Origin: a virus
Taxonomy: Duplodnaviria; Caudoviricetes
DNA: 62,311 bases
Reading direction: 5' to 3' (one strand)
Virus record (IMG/VR): IMGVR_UViG_3300035199_000716
Span: 1-62,311 of that record
The translations under genes and the position numbers were made by a program. Of the stretch, positions 30,225-41,015 are shown one piece after another; the stretch's first letter is position 1, and each line of letters begins with the position of its first letter. The notes under the pieces are model-generated. The model made no database searches. It saw only the letters and a program-made list of their open reading frames with translations, and was not told where the DNA came from.

Positions 30225-31845
30225 TGGCCATTACTCTAAACTTAAAAGCTTTGTCTTGTTCTGTCCACGCTAACAACTCTGGGTCATAAAAAGCAAACTT
30301 AATCGCATATTCATACCCCTGCTCGAGAATGCTCATATCTAAGTCAAAATAATTTCCAGATTTGTCAAAAGATAATCCAGTGCAATTGTGACTGCTAGTC
30401 CCGTGCGGAATTGCATCAAGGGCATCCCGAGTACGAATGACCCTGTAAGAAGCACTTATAATCGCTGTGGAGGGTACTACGGTGGTCGCCTTTGTGTATA
30501 CGGTGGGGTTCCAATTCTTTTCTCGAACAAACAAATTAAAGCGTGCAGTCTCTGTTCTTGTATATTTGTTTCTTAAATTTGTTATGTTAATAAAGTATTT
30601 GGGGATACGTACGTGGCTAAGGAATGAATTCGCTGACCCCGTTGTGATCGGTATTATGGAACCCGTGGCAAACTCTGTGGCGGACGCGTCACGGGAGGCG
30701 CCGCCGGGCTGGTTGGTCGAGCCAGTCCACCATACATCATAAAGCGTTTTAATGGAGTCAGTTGAAGCCGTGAGACCTACTGAAGCGGAGTATACGCCGG
30801 TTTCTACATATCCGCCGGTGATTGCATATTTCTCGTTGTAAAGTAGAAGCTTGGATCCGGAAGGTGCGACATTGCCGGCTGAACCCGAGTATAGGCTCAC
30901 CATAATGGAGCCAGTCGTACCAATAGCGGGAATGTTTCTCAGGCGCCCTCGCACATAATTGTATAAATACAATGTGTTTACGTTATCTTCTGCAAGACCT
31001 AGGGAGCTACTATAATAGAAGCCACCTCTGTCATCTCTCTTGGCTGAGTCCCAGCGAGCTTCAATCAGGGGGCGCCTATAAAAATACTGGGTCCCTCTTG
31101 CAAAAAATCTCTTGACGTAATAAGACGCCTCAATACCACCGGTAATGGGCAAAATACCACCAGTCTGCTTCGGTACATTATAATAGGTTTCATAAGAAGA
31201 AGATAGCATTATCCCAACGCCATAATTATTTATGTCGCCGGTGATCCAGTGCTCCACTAAGCCGGTTATGTCAACTTCTAAATCTTCCAAGCCGCTTTTA
31301 AAATCTTGTCTATACATCGGTGGTTTGGCGCGGGCATCAGAAGATGGATAGTCCCAATGAGTAGATGCGGTCAAATAATCTCCACCATAATCAGTCCAAG
31401 CAGTGGTGTTGGAGGCACTCATCCAATTAGAACCCGTCCCGTCTCGTGTGCTATCTTGGAAGTTTATCATGTCCATACCTGAACCTTCCTGCCAAGATCT
31501 CGATACCGCATGTATAGATAATGTATAGTTTTCGGGGACTGTTTGAGTGTGATAAGCGTTGGTCATCTTTAAATAAAAGTTTACGCTTCCAGAAGCCGGG
31601 ATTTTGCCTGCGGACCGGTCTGAGGAAACTGTGGCAATCGGAAATTTAATTAGGGCGCGTGAAAGCTCTTGAGATCCGAAGTTGGCCGAACTACTTTGTG
31701 GGTTTCGGCCCCATACAGAAAAAATCTGCACAATGTCAGCTTGCCCCATGTTTGAGCCGGTGGCGCGCTGGGCTACCTCTGGAGGACCCTTGAAAGCATT
31801 TGTAATAGTGTTATCTGCACTACCTGTGTATCTCCTAATCGCCAT
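30214..31845 (-). CDS. baseplate-associated structural protein with DNRLRE-like beta-sandwich
   Basis: 543 aa; ADNTI...SRALIKF...LSIHAVSRSWQEG...SNW...W..YGGD...EVDITGLVEHW..G..NNYG pattern; directly follows the gp6-like gene. Confidence 0.6.
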   Translation of the reverse strand: MAIRRYTGSADNTITNAFKGPPEVAQRATGSNMGQADIVQIFSVWGRNPQSSSANFGSQELSRALIKFPIATVSSDRSAGKIPASGSVNFYLKMTNAYHTQTVPENYTLSIHAVSRSWQEGSGMDMINFQDSTRDGTGSNWMSASNTTAWTDYGGDYLTASTHWDYPSSDARAKPPMYRQDFKSGLEDLEVDITGLVEHWITGDINNYGVGIMLSSSYETYYNVPKQTGGILPITGGIEASYYVKRFFARGTQYFYRRPLIEARWDSAKRDDRGGFYYSSSLGLAEDNVNTLYLYNYVRGRLRNIPAIGTTGSIMVSLYSGSAGNVAPSGSKLLLYNEKYAITGGYVETGVYSASVGLTASTDSIKTLYDVWWTGSTNQPGGASRDASATEFATGSIIPITTGSANSFLSHVRIPKYFINITNLRNKYTRTETARFNLFVREKNWNPTVYTKATTVVPSTAIISASYRVIRTRDALDAIPHGTSSHNCTGLSFDKSGNYFDLDMSILEQGYEYAIKFAFYDPELLAWTEQDKAFKFRVMANEY

Positions 31846-33641
31846 TACCTAACCTTCCCTATGATGTCTGTCTCTGGATATTTTAATTCTAAGATTGCAT
31901 TCTTCGGAACCACCACATAAGAGCCGTCAGAGGACAAGTTGTCGCTGATATCAATTGCGGCGGAAGAGTAGTTTCCCGAATTTTTGCCGACAACCTTGAC
32001 CTTGGTGACATCCAAAACACCTGATACTCCCTTCAATATTTCATAAATCTGACTGATATATATCGGTTCACCGATAAAGAATGGGGTAGAGAAGTGCGTT
32101 TTTAGAGCTTCGATGCAGTCATCCAGTGCTGTATATTTCTCAGCGGCCGCTTTTGGCTTAATAATAAACTCAACACCGAAGTTAAGAATATAAGGATCCA
32201 GTATATCAACAGTATCGTTAATCATTCTATAATTGTTTATCCAAGTTTTTAAATTATTTTTAATTGTTGAATTCGCTGCAATTAGTTTTCCGTTGGTGTC
32301 TTCCGAGACAACATACATATTTAGGTTTCTTTTTTGTGAATCCGGGTCGCGCTGGACCGAGACCCTTTTAATAGCACCATATTTAGAATGCATTCTGTAT
32401 GCTATGTTTTCGTAGTCGGCCTGTGTTACTGCTCTGTTCTGTGTTGGAAACGTATCGAATATTCTTTGCTTTACTTCTCCGGTGGAAGGGTACGTAACTA
32501 CTCCCACAATTGGCTGTTCATTGGTAACTTCTAGAGATGATATTATTGAGTTAACGTACGAGGAGTTCAAATCTTGTCTATTGCTAAACTCAAAGTTACT
32601 AGCATTTACAGAGTTCAAAGAACCAACTGCGACATTTGAATTTGAAGGACTGGTGGCCCTAAAGACAACTGTTAAAGTGGTATTCACTGGAACAATCCCA
32701 AATGATTCGTTTTGTGATATTCTTGTTGGGTCAAATGATAAGTCGGTTACATATTTCTTACCAAAAATATCTAGGGCTACATTTTGTGGATTGGCTACAA
32801 TATCAGAATTACCAGATTTTCCGCTTCCAAACTGCAATGTAACCTGATCCCTAGTGTGTTCGACAGTATATTTTCTAGATACCAAAAATGGCTTTATCAA
32901 AGACGGCACGTTGTCATCTTTAAAATTAGGGTTTATTATCTCTTTAAAAACCATATCTTGAGCTAAATAATCAACTTCAAAATATTGATTTCCCTCTGAG
33001 TCATACACGGAAATAACTTCTGACACATTGGGGGTCGTAAGTGTGGCTCGATAGAACCTTTCGAATGTACCCACCTCAACTGTTTCCGTAGAAAGCAGTC
33101 CAGACACGACATTGCCATAAGCTTTTACAGCATAATGTGTGGGCGCGCCAGTGGAAGAGTCGACTCTTGCAGCCACCGAAAGGTTTCTAGGATCGGAAAA
33201 ATCAATATTTTCTGTCAATATGAAGTTCTCGCCATTTTGAGATGAGAAAGAGGTACCTCTTTTCAAAATCGGTAGATATCTTGAATCTGTACCGAGACCC
33301 GCGCTGGATGCAGGAACAAGAATGAATACGGCAACCTGACCGTATGTTGAATCGCGGCCGGTGAACTTATAGCCTAGAGCACGACCATGACGCACCACAT
33401 TTCCAAACTGAAATGCGGTGTCAAGGAATGCTTCGTTAACATTATAGTCCAAATAGAAGGAGAGTTGATCTCCGATGTATGAAACAGCGTCGAGCATCAG
33501 TGAACCAAAAGAGGCCTCACTAAAGTCTTGAAAGCTGTCTGGGTAAAATCTTTCTGCGATGCCCATCAAATCGTCGCGAATTGTTTCAAAATCACGATGA
33601 GTATAGTCAATCGGCATTATTTTTTTCTGTATTTTAGGCAT
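31845..33641 (-). CDS. baseplate wedge protein (T4 gp6 / Baseplate J-like)
   Basis: IDYTHRDFETIRDDL, DFSEASFGSLMLDAVSYIGDQLSFYLD, NEAFLDTA, LQFGSG, QNRAVTQADY, ELKYPETDI. Confidence 0.88.
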   Translation of the reverse strand: MPKIQKKIMPIDYTHRDFETIRDDLMGIAERFYPDSFQDFSEASFGSLMLDAVSYIGDQLSFYLDYNVNEAFLDTAFQFGNVVRHGRALGYKFTGRDSTYGQVAVFILVPASSAGLGTDSRYLPILKRGTSFSSQNGENFILTENIDFSDPRNLSVAARVDSSTGAPTHYAVKAYGNVVSGLLSTETVEVGTFERFYRATLTTPNVSEVISVYDSEGNQYFEVDYLAQDMVFKEIINPNFKDDNVPSLIKPFLVSRKYTVEHTRDQVTLQFGSGKSGNSDIVANPQNVALDIFGKKYVTDLSFDPTRISQNESFGIVPVNTTLTVVFRATSPSNSNVAVGSLNSVNASNFEFSNRQDLNSSYVNSIISSLEVTNEQPIVGVVTYPSTGEVKQRIFDTFPTQNRAVTQADYENIAYRMHSKYGAIKRVSVQRDPDSQKRNLNMYVVSEDTNGKLIAANSTIKNNLKTWINNYRMINDTVDILDPYILNFGVEFIIKPKAAAEKYTALDDCIEALKTHFSTPFFIGEPIYISQIYEILKGVSGVLDVTKVKVVGKNSGNYSSAAIDISDNLSSDGSYVVVPKNAILELKYPETDIIGKVR

Positions 33642-33657
33642 TCAAAATTTCCTTACT

Positions 33658-34026
33658 TTAAATAGTAAACTCTAGCAAATCTGAGATATTTATGGACGGT
33701 ACCGAATATTTGATACTTATCTGTAGCGTGTTGAGATCAACGTGTTCGGTGATAAAATTAATTTCTTCAATTACAATTACGGGCAAGTATATTGATGTTT
33801 GTTCCATTATGTTGGCTTCAATATCGTCAAACGTACTCTGAGTGAACCCAGAAAAAAGATATGATTTAAGCCCGACACCAAAGCTTGGCTCCATAACTCT
33901 TTCGCCGCGCTCAGTTAACAGAAGCATCTTGAGATTCTGCTTTATAAGCGTGTGAAAGTCCTTAATCATGGTGAAGCCGTCGCCGCTATCTCTGGTAATC
34001 GGCAATTTAACCGCCAATGAAGCCAT
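33658..34026 (-). CDS. baseplate wedge subunit, gp25/GPW family
   Basis: IKQNLKMLLLTERGERVMEPSFGVGLKSYLF signature; 122 aa; GAGG SD. Confidence 0.9.
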   Translation of the reverse strand: MASLAVKLPITRDSGDGFTMIKDFHTLIKQNLKMLLLTERGERVMEPSFGVGLKSYLFSGFTQSTFDDIEANIMEQTSIYLPVIVIEEINFITEHVDLNTLQISIKYSVPSINISDLLEFTI

Positions 34027-34040
34027 TTTTAGTCCTCACT

Positions 34041-34049
34041 ATAAATACT
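34041..34049 (-). promoter_or_regulatory. candidate late promoter motif AGTATTTAT
   Basis: Immediately upstream of the SD of the gp25-like gene. Confidence 0.5.
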
Positions 34050-37000
34050 ATGAATCTTTCTTTTTGCACATTTCACCGTTCTCATTAAACGGATTAGATT
34101 TTAATCTTCTTGTTTGCCACCATGGCAAAATTGCTCTAGAGGGGTCAATCTTGAACCTTTCTTTCATTTGCTGTACGTATTCTTTGGTAAGAGTACCCAT
34201 CTCTTCGTCGGCCATTGAGTCAAACTCCCGCGATCTATAGTGTACACGGAAAAGCCTCTTAATTGCAGACGCAGAATGCCTTAAGGCCTTCTTATCCCAG
34301 TTGTCCCAAGCCATGTGACTAAAAAGGCCGCCGGCTTTAAGGCGGTCGCCCTCGGCAGCCCAACCAGGCGCATATTTTAAGGTTGCCCCTTCGACCGTGG
34401 TAACAGTTTCTGTGCTCTCAAGGCCAAGCCAGTTTTCTCGGGTGACGTCGACGGACCCGAGTTCTAGCTCAGCATATGCTCCCGGCTTTATATCGGCACT
34501 CGAATTTGTCTCGGGATCAGACCATGCGACTTCATGGAAAAAGTCTCCATAGAGCGCGCCCTCGGCGACCGTTACTTCTCCAATAGATGGCATAAAGCCC
34601 ATATCTTGATAAATAGCCATTATTGATAACACCTTCTTGAAGGAAAATGCATAGTTCGTAACAAGTTTAAACTTCTGGTCTTCCTTGAGTTTTGCCAGCA
34701 AGCAATACAAGATCTTGCTATTGGCTTCAATACCTGTAAATGCGGTAACCGGAACATCTAATGCATCTATCTCTATGTTCGATATCGAATAGTCTGTACC
34801 ATCGATTGTCATACCGAAATCCAAACCATACCGCACACCCAGTTCGCCCTCGATGCCAATCTGGACATCCTCATCATTTGTTACAATTCTCATTGTTCCA
34901 GGGAAGCTTAATGATATGGGGCCACTACCAGCAGCCTTGACTTTGGCAACAGCAACGGCATTAGACAGCCTCTCGTTATCTACCTTAATATACTTATACA
35001 TGTAAAATGGTTGTTCGCTGCTTGGACCGGAAGAGGCGCCGCGGGCGCCGTCGGGGATATCTCCAAGTGCCGTGAACGTCACTTCCTGTGCGGCCTTGCC
35101 TTCCATACCTGCCTCTGGATCTGGGTAATCTTTCATCTGCACTTTTTCAACTCCCACGATTACTTTATTGGCGAATGGCCTTATTGCTTCGTGCTCTCCG
35201 TCGCTATGATATTCCCCAACCATATAGGTTGTGCCTCCATCTTGTTCATCTATATTTGCGTGATAATATCCAACATATGCAGAGCCATCCGGTAACGAGA
35301 ACTCGCCTCCATCTGTATAAAATGGCCCGGGCCACTCCCATCCAAGGCCGGCAGGATCAGGCTCTTCTTTCGTTGGAAGACCAGCAACAGCCTCTATCAC
35401 TGTGCCTTGAAGGTTGAGTTCGTTGTCGCCTAAAGCAGTAAAATTGGCCATGTAGTAATAGTCCAAGTCATATACTTCGGGGGCCATATCAAAATTTTCT
35501 AGGGTTTTTGAGTACTTGTTACCCATAAACTGCAGCTGTTCATTGACCAGCTCTTTAAGAATCAGCTTTGCGTCTTCCTGCGTTCTGTATATTGCTTCCA
35601 GATTTCTGCTTTCTCTGTAGCTTTTTAAGGTTTCAAACCAGCTAGCTTCGCCGCTGTACTTAGCGTTCATCAATTCATTACCATAAGGATAGTTAAACCT
35701 TTCTTGATAATCGTTTAGTCTTTCTAACGCATCCATCACGTGTTTTGGTACTTCTTCTTCCGCAATATCGCCGCTATCAATTCTGCGACCATATGTTTGT
35801 ACTGCCTGTTCCAAAAATGCAAACCAAAATTCATTATCTGAGAATGGGCTCCACAAGGACGTGGAGTCCCTGAAGTCTTCCTCCATGATTTCAACAACGT
35901 AAGAGGCATATATATTACTATAGTTATCCGGAAATTTGGGGGCAAACTTAGTAAACAGTGGGAGTCCCTTTATAAGATGGACGCTGGCATATACCCTAAT
36001 GGCCGCGGCAATAATCCCCTCGATTGTTGCCTTGGACTGTCGATGTAAAATTCTATTATATGGCCTTTCATCAACACAATCTGGATCTCCTCTAAGACGT
36101 ACGTCATCAGCCAGGGTCGGATATACCTCGCTTATTTTTGAAGCTATTTGATCAAAGTCCACAGCATTCGTTGAAGACGGATCGCACGGACTTAGTTCTG
36201 GAAACAGAACCTCAATCAAGCCTGAGTATCCGGCAGCTTTTCGGGGTCTAACATATATTGGTGGCTGCATATATGAGCCACCATATTGAGTTGGATTGAG
36301 GAAAAAGACTCTTGTATTTTGAGGGTGTGTTCCATTTTGTTCATTAATATACTGGTTTCTGCTCTTTCCTAATATCATGTCATCTTCTACTAATGGACGC
36401 TGGTCTGGGAGTTCTTCACCATTTGAATCATAATCTTTGACCGTTTTTTCAGAATATAAATCACCATTTTCATCCACATAATCAAAGTCAGTTATGTCCA
36501 GATCATCGAACGACATTCCATATTCCCAAGCTTTTGTGTTGCTTCCTATTTCTCTAGCAACAGCAGCAAATTGTGCTTCCATAAAGGCATCATATTTATC
36601 TTTGATGGTTGACTTACTTACTTTGGCATTGAACAAGTCATGCAACATATTAACTTGTGGGGAGTAGGGGTCTTGGCGCATAAAACTCTGACTTAAAGAT
36701 GGAAAGTTGTCTATTGATAAAAGTTCACCCTTATCAGGATCAGGGAAATATAAGGAGTCAAGGCCGTTGTCAACTGCTATAAACTCGGACTTTCTATGGC
36801 GCAGAATATCGTCTGTGTCCGACACAGTGGGGCCGGCGGAGGCTTTAGTCGCGGCGCCATCGCCGTTGTACCCGAAGGCATCTGGGGGTGGGGGATGGGT
36901 AGTGCTGGTGGTTGTTGCATTTTGATTGTAAAATTCAGTGAGGTATATTCTTACGTTATCATCTGGTCTGTTCGCATACGAGCCGGCCACCGAAGTTTCT

Positions 37001-40000
37001 ACCATGTCAGAAAAATATGCATTTACTCTAAACATATAACTCCAAGAGGAAGGCTTGAGCAACGGTGCATTTAAGCCCATACGATAGCCTCTGGAATTGT
37101 CTTTAAAATCAAGTGCGATATCTGGCTGATCTTTACGGGGCATTTTTATAAACCACAAGTTCTCTTGATCCCAATCTGGCGCCGTCCTTACATTATATCC
37201 CATGTCAGGCACATCTGTTAGCTCTACATCAGAAGTAGTGAAGAGGCTGTCGAACCCTAGGTTACTAAAGCTGACTGGCCACTTCTCTATTGCGCGCGGA
37301 GTATTGGTGCTTTCGAAGGCCATGGTCTCTTTAAGGTCCTCCGTTATTCTACCCAGCTTCAAACGCGAGTCTACTTCTAAACCTGCGGCCGCTCTATACT
37401 GATACATCAACCATTCAGCAACATATTTAGGATATGCGCCGCGTTGACTAGGAAGGCCAGCAACGGGAACACTCATAGCTTTCTCGACGGGGGCCGTGAG
37501 CATCCAACTGTTGTCTACATCTAAATAAAAGTCAACATAGTCTGAATCGCCTGCTACATCCACTTGATGCCTGGTAAATGGGTTACCCATCGTATCGGAT
37601 AGAACCATATTCAAGAAGCCCCATGAAGAGTCGACTCCGCCCCAGAGCCAGCCCATGAAACCGCCCGAACCAAGCATATCTCTTGCATATGCTTGCTGGA
37701 TCTTGTTAAGGTCTCCTTGAATGTTATTGTTGGCCGTGTTGATGGTACCCTCGGGCTCAAATGGCAAAATACCATTATTGCACCCCGGATCCGATTGAAG
37801 CGGTGGCATCTGCTCCATGACCGACGGACCAATTCCTTTCTGCATTAAGCTACTAACGGTGTCCAAGTCATCCAACATCGTGCCGCGCCAATTGTCAAAC
37901 ATCTCGTTACACTGTTCAGGAGTAGCGCGGCCTTCTAATAGTTGACACCTTAAAGCCTTGAAATTCTCCATTTGGTCTGGAGTGGCGCAAAGAGTCGGGT
38001 TTGCTGGGTCGAGGGCTGCCTCGGCGCCGAGAGTTTCCAGAGCCAAATCCATATCATCTCTTAACTGAGCCGGGATCAGGAAGCCAATATTTTCGAAGAA
38101 TCGACCGATAGATCGCTTATTTGGAAGTGCATCCCGGTATTCTGGATATCCATTTTCAACAATTTGGTCTGCAATTATCAGGAATGTTTCTGAAGGTTTG
38201 CCCAAAACCGCGGACGACATCTCGGCTTGTGTGGCTGCGGCCGACAAGTCTTCAGCAAATGTAAGGGCTCTTTCGGGATTTGTAAATGCTTGGCCACCAA
38301 CACCCAGGTTGGCTATCAACTGTACAACTGTATCTTCTACTTCTTGTGTGGGAGTTTCTGGCCCGCAGATTGAATCTTTAATAATATCTGTCAGAGTGGT
38401 GGTACCGGCTATCTGTGCTGGCAGTGACGCAACAAACTGTCCTGCAATTTCCAGGGCCTTACAGATGGCTTTACCAAGAAGCTCACATACCTTGACAATT
38501 ATCATTACTTGAAGTTTGAATATTAACTCACGGAGCTTTGTTTTCAAATATTCGAACAGTTTTCCCCATGGATCCACCACAATGGGGTACCACCAACCTG
38601 GCCACATCAAACGCGGCATCGTAATTTCGGCATTATTTCTACAAAATGGAAGTGTAATACTTTTTACGAAGTCATCGAGGCCTGGGTTAAACAATGGTGG
38701 TCTCGGGCAGTCTATCGATGTAATAAGGAACGATATGATTTGAGCACCAGGGAAATCGTTCAGCTTATCTAATAGGGCCAAATAGTTTTCTGAATATTCT
38801 TCCAACAATGCAAGGATATAGGCTTGAAAAATATTGTTCGGGTCAAGGCCCTGCTCTTTTGCCACCGCAGCCGCATCCAGGGACTTTGCAATAGTCCTTT
38901 TAGTTTCGCTTGCTTGATTTTCAGCCATCTTCTGCAGATTTCTTTCCATGGGTGATTCGATAGCCACGTCGTTGCCGCCAACCGGGTTTTCCTTGGCGCG
39001 GGCTTTCTGTGCTGCGACGAGTTCCGGGTCTTCCCAGGGCTTGGTGAACGAGACCTTTCCGAAGAACCTGTTTCCACTTTCTTTTTGCTCTGCCTTTTCT
39101 TTATCTTCAACCCTTGCGCGCTCTTCGGCGGTCATGCGCGACTTTTCGTCACTTGTGTATGTTCTGGTCCAGTCTTTGGTGGTTTTCCCCTCTTCTAGGT
39201 TTCTCCTAACCAGTTCATCAAGTTTCTTTTGTTTCTCGGGGGACAGGCCAACAAATAATTTTCCAAAATCGTCATAAGTCATCGCAGAAAGAGCGTTCTT
39301 TAACATTATACCCAGAGCCTTTTCCAGAGACAAACCCTTGGTCAGACACTCAACTGTCGACACTAAAAGGTCAAACATCCCGCAAACTTTAATTCTTTCA
39401 AACGACATAGCCGAAATTTGATCTTCTAAATCTCCTACCGACTGAGCCTCTCCTTTTACACCCATCATCATTCTCGTACAAAAATGAGCGAATACCTGAT
39501 CACGGGGGTCGATCTCTTTATTTGCTTGCATAAGTGCTGCTGACCACATGGTGGTTTTTTTCTTGGGTTCTTTCTTGTTTTTCTTAGGTGGGGCTGGTGG
39601 GGCTTTCTTGCCCTGACGTGGCTCTGGTGCGGGGGCGCCACCCTGTGCACCTACGCCTTGGCCTACTTCCTTTTTATCTTCGTTAACTGCATCTTTATCT
39701 GTTTGGCATAGGCTAGCATGAAATTCATAGGCTATGGCGTCTCCGATAGTAAACATTTGATCTAAAACGAATTGGCCTAATTGTTTTCCTTCGTTAGCTA
39801 AAGCATTTGCAACACATGTGGTGGTACTGGTTTCGCCGCTGGGCATTATTTGGCCGGCGCCGGGGCCGACGGTGCGAAGCTTGGGATATGTATACTTCTG
39901 AACCATTTCAAGCCATGGTTGCTCTTGGCGCGCCTTTAGGTCTGAGGCTATCTCCGATAGTTTCATAAAATACGCGACCGCAGTGGAATCTCGCCAACCG

Positions 40001-41004
40001 GGCATCGTGGCTAGCCCCTCAACTCTATCCTTACCAAACTCTATGGGCATCTCATTACACATGTCGGTCCAAATTGTTATTTTCTTAAGTTTATATTCAC
40101 CCGTCACTGTGAATTCTATGTGTTCAACATTTTGAGATGTTAGACCCCAGGTGCCCGTATTTGGTATATTGTACCCTCGCTCATTGAGCCAGCTATCTAA
40201 CTCCGTTTGCACGATACTTACTTGCCCATACATATCAAATGGTCCCGCATCTCCGTAATCTTCTAAGTTAAATATCCTTCCTGAATCCTTAAATACCAAG
40301 TTCGAGCTTTCTAGCATTCGATATACCTTTAAGTATCTGTTCCACAAATGAAGGCCTTTTCGTACTGTTATTTGGTCTTTTACCATATCTCCAACCGCAT
40401 ATTTAACGGTTTGATCACCGAGTTCGGCCTCATCATCTTCTTGTTCAGGTGGTGCGTCTGGTAGATCTTCAAGCACGCTATATTCTACTGAGTATAACAG
40501 CTGGACATAGGAGCCCGGATTTGGTGCTAAATAATATTCGGTTTTTTCAAGAGCATCGCTAATTTTTTGAACCGACTCGTCTGATTTATCCTTCCCTTTC
40601 CAATCTAAAAGCGCGCGAATGGCGCCCTTTCTTGGCTCTCCTTTACGATGAGGAACTGACTGTAGCCAGTCTGGCGGCAGTGAGTGATCGGCATTATTGT
40701 CCCACTCGGAGGCATAGTGTTCCCATATATTATCCAACGCTTCGGCGGCGGCCTTTTTGGTTGCTCCCGCTTTGTAACCCAAAGTCTTTTCTTTGGTCAT
40801 ATATGAAATTTGATATTTACATAACTTTTCATTTAAAAAGGGTTGTGATTGGTTCCTAGCTTTCCAATCTGGGACAGAGGCGTTTGGATTGGGGGAGCAC
40901 GGTAAACATGTATTAACTCTTGGTTTTGCCGGTTCTGGGCATACATCTGGCAACATATCCCCATTTGCGTCTTGCCACTTTAAAAATTTTGATTCTTCAG
41001 CCAT
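34048..41004 (-). CDS. very large virion (baseplate hub/tail-associated) protein
   Basis: 2318-aa ORF between the spike-like and gp25-like genes; Cys-rich; N-terminal DANGDMLPD Ca-binding-like motif; long helical regions; Pro/Lys-rich linker. Confidence 0.65.
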   Translation of the reverse strand: MAEESKFLKWQDANGDMLPDVCPEPAKPRVNTCLPCSPNPNASVPDWKARNQSQPFLNEKLCKYQISYMTKEKTLGYKAGATKKAAAEALDNIWEHYASEWDNNADHSLPPDWLQSVPHRKGEPRKGAIRALLDWKGKDKSDESVQKISDALEKTEYYLAPNPGSYVQLLYSVEYSVLEDLPDAPPEQEDDEAELGDQTVKYAVGDMVKDQITVRKGLHLWNRYLKVYRMLESSNLVFKDSGRIFNLEDYGDAGPFDMYGQVSIVQTELDSWLNERGYNIPNTGTWGLTSQNVEHIEFTVTGEYKLKKITIWTDMCNEMPIEFGKDRVEGLATMPGWRDSTAVAYFMKLSEIASDLKARQEQPWLEMVQKYTYPKLRTVGPGAGQIMPSGETSTTTCVANALANEGKQLGQFVLDQMFTIGDAIAYEFHASLCQTDKDAVNEDKKEVGQGVGAQGGAPAPEPRQGKKAPPAPPKKNKKEPKKKTTMWSAALMQANKEIDPRDQVFAHFCTRMMMGVKGEAQSVGDLEDQISAMSFERIKVCGMFDLLVSTVECLTKGLSLEKALGIMLKNALSAMTYDDFGKLFVGLSPEKQKKLDELVRRNLEEGKTTKDWTRTYTSDEKSRMTAEERARVEDKEKAEQKESGNRFFGKVSFTKPWEDPELVAAQKARAKENPVGGNDVAIESPMERNLQKMAENQASETKRTIAKSLDAAAVAKEQGLDPNNIFQAYILALLEEYSENYLALLDKLNDFPGAQIISFLITSIDCPRPPLFNPGLDDFVKSITLPFCRNNAEITMPRLMWPGWWYPIVVDPWGKLFEYLKTKLRELIFKLQVMIIVKVCELLGKAICKALEIAGQFVASLPAQIAGTTTLTDIIKDSICGPETPTQEVEDTVVQLIANLGVGGQAFTNPERALTFAEDLSAAATQAEMSSAVLGKPSETFLIIADQIVENGYPEYRDALPNKRSIGRFFENIGFLIPAQLRDDMDLALETLGAEAALDPANPTLCATPDQMENFKALRCQLLEGRATPEQCNEMFDNWRGTMLDDLDTVSSLMQKGIGPSVMEQMPPLQSDPGCNNGILPFEPEGTINTANNNIQGDLNKIQQAYARDMLGSGGFMGWLWGGVDSSWGFLNMVLSDTMGNPFTRHQVDVAGDSDYVDFYLDVDNSWMLTAPVEKAMSVPVAGLPSQRGAYPKYVAEWLMYQYRAAAGLEVDSRLKLGRITEDLKETMAFESTNTPRAIEKWPVSFSNLGFDSLFTTSDVELTDVPDMGYNVRTAPDWDQENLWFIKMPRKDQPDIALDFKDNSRGYRMGLNAPLLKPSSWSYMFRVNAYFSDMVETSVAGSYANRPDDNVRIYLTEFYNQNATTTSTTHPPPPDAFGYNGDGAATKASAGPTVSDTDDILRHRKSEFIAVDNGLDSLYFPDPDKGELLSIDNFPSLSQSFMRQDPYSPQVNMLHDLFNAKVSKSTIKDKYDAFMEAQFAAVAREIGSNTKAWEYGMSFDDLDITDFDYVDENGDLYSEKTVKDYDSNGEELPDQRPLVEDDMILGKSRNQYINEQNGTHPQNTRVFFLNPTQYGGSYMQPPIYVRPRKAAGYSGLIEVLFPELSPCDPSSTNAVDFDQIASKISEVYPTLADDVRLRGDPDCVDERPYNRILHRQSKATIEGIIAAAIRVYASVHLIKGLPLFTKFAPKFPDNYSNIYASYVVEIMEEDFRDSTSLWSPFSDNEFWFAFLEQAVQTYGRRIDSGDIAEEEVPKHVMDALERLNDYQERFNYPYGNELMNAKYSGEASWFETLKSYRESRNLEAIYRTQEDAKLILKELVNEQLQFMGNKYSKTLENFDMAPEVYDLDYYYMANFTALGDNELNLQGTVIEAVAGLPTKEEPDPAGLGWEWPGPFYTDGGEFSLPDGSAYVGYYHANIDEQDGGTTYMVGEYHSDGEHEAIRPFANKVIVGVEKVQMKDYPDPEAGMEGKAAQEVTFTALGDIPDGARGASSGPSSEQPFYMYKYIKVDNERLSNAVAVAKVKAAGSGPISLSFPGTMRIVTNDEDVQIGIEGELGVRYGLDFGMTIDGTDYSISNIEIDALDVPVTAFTGIEANSKILYCLLAKLKEDQKFKLVTNYAFSFKKVLSIMAIYQDMGFMPSIGEVTVAEGALYGDFFHEVAWSDPETNSSADIKPGAYAELELGSVDVTRENWLGLESTETVTTVEGATLKYAPGWAAEGDRLKAGGLFSHMAWDNWDKKALRHSASAIKRLFRVHYRSREFDSMADEEMGTLTKEYVQQMKERFKIDPSRAILPWWQTRRLKSNPFNENGEMCKKKDS

Positions 41005-41015
41005 TTCTTGTTGTC

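Noticed and set aside
34040-34047. T4 late promoter TATAAATA on the plus strand
   Set aside because: It points antisense to all genes and is simply the reverse complement of the TATTTATA candidate motif.
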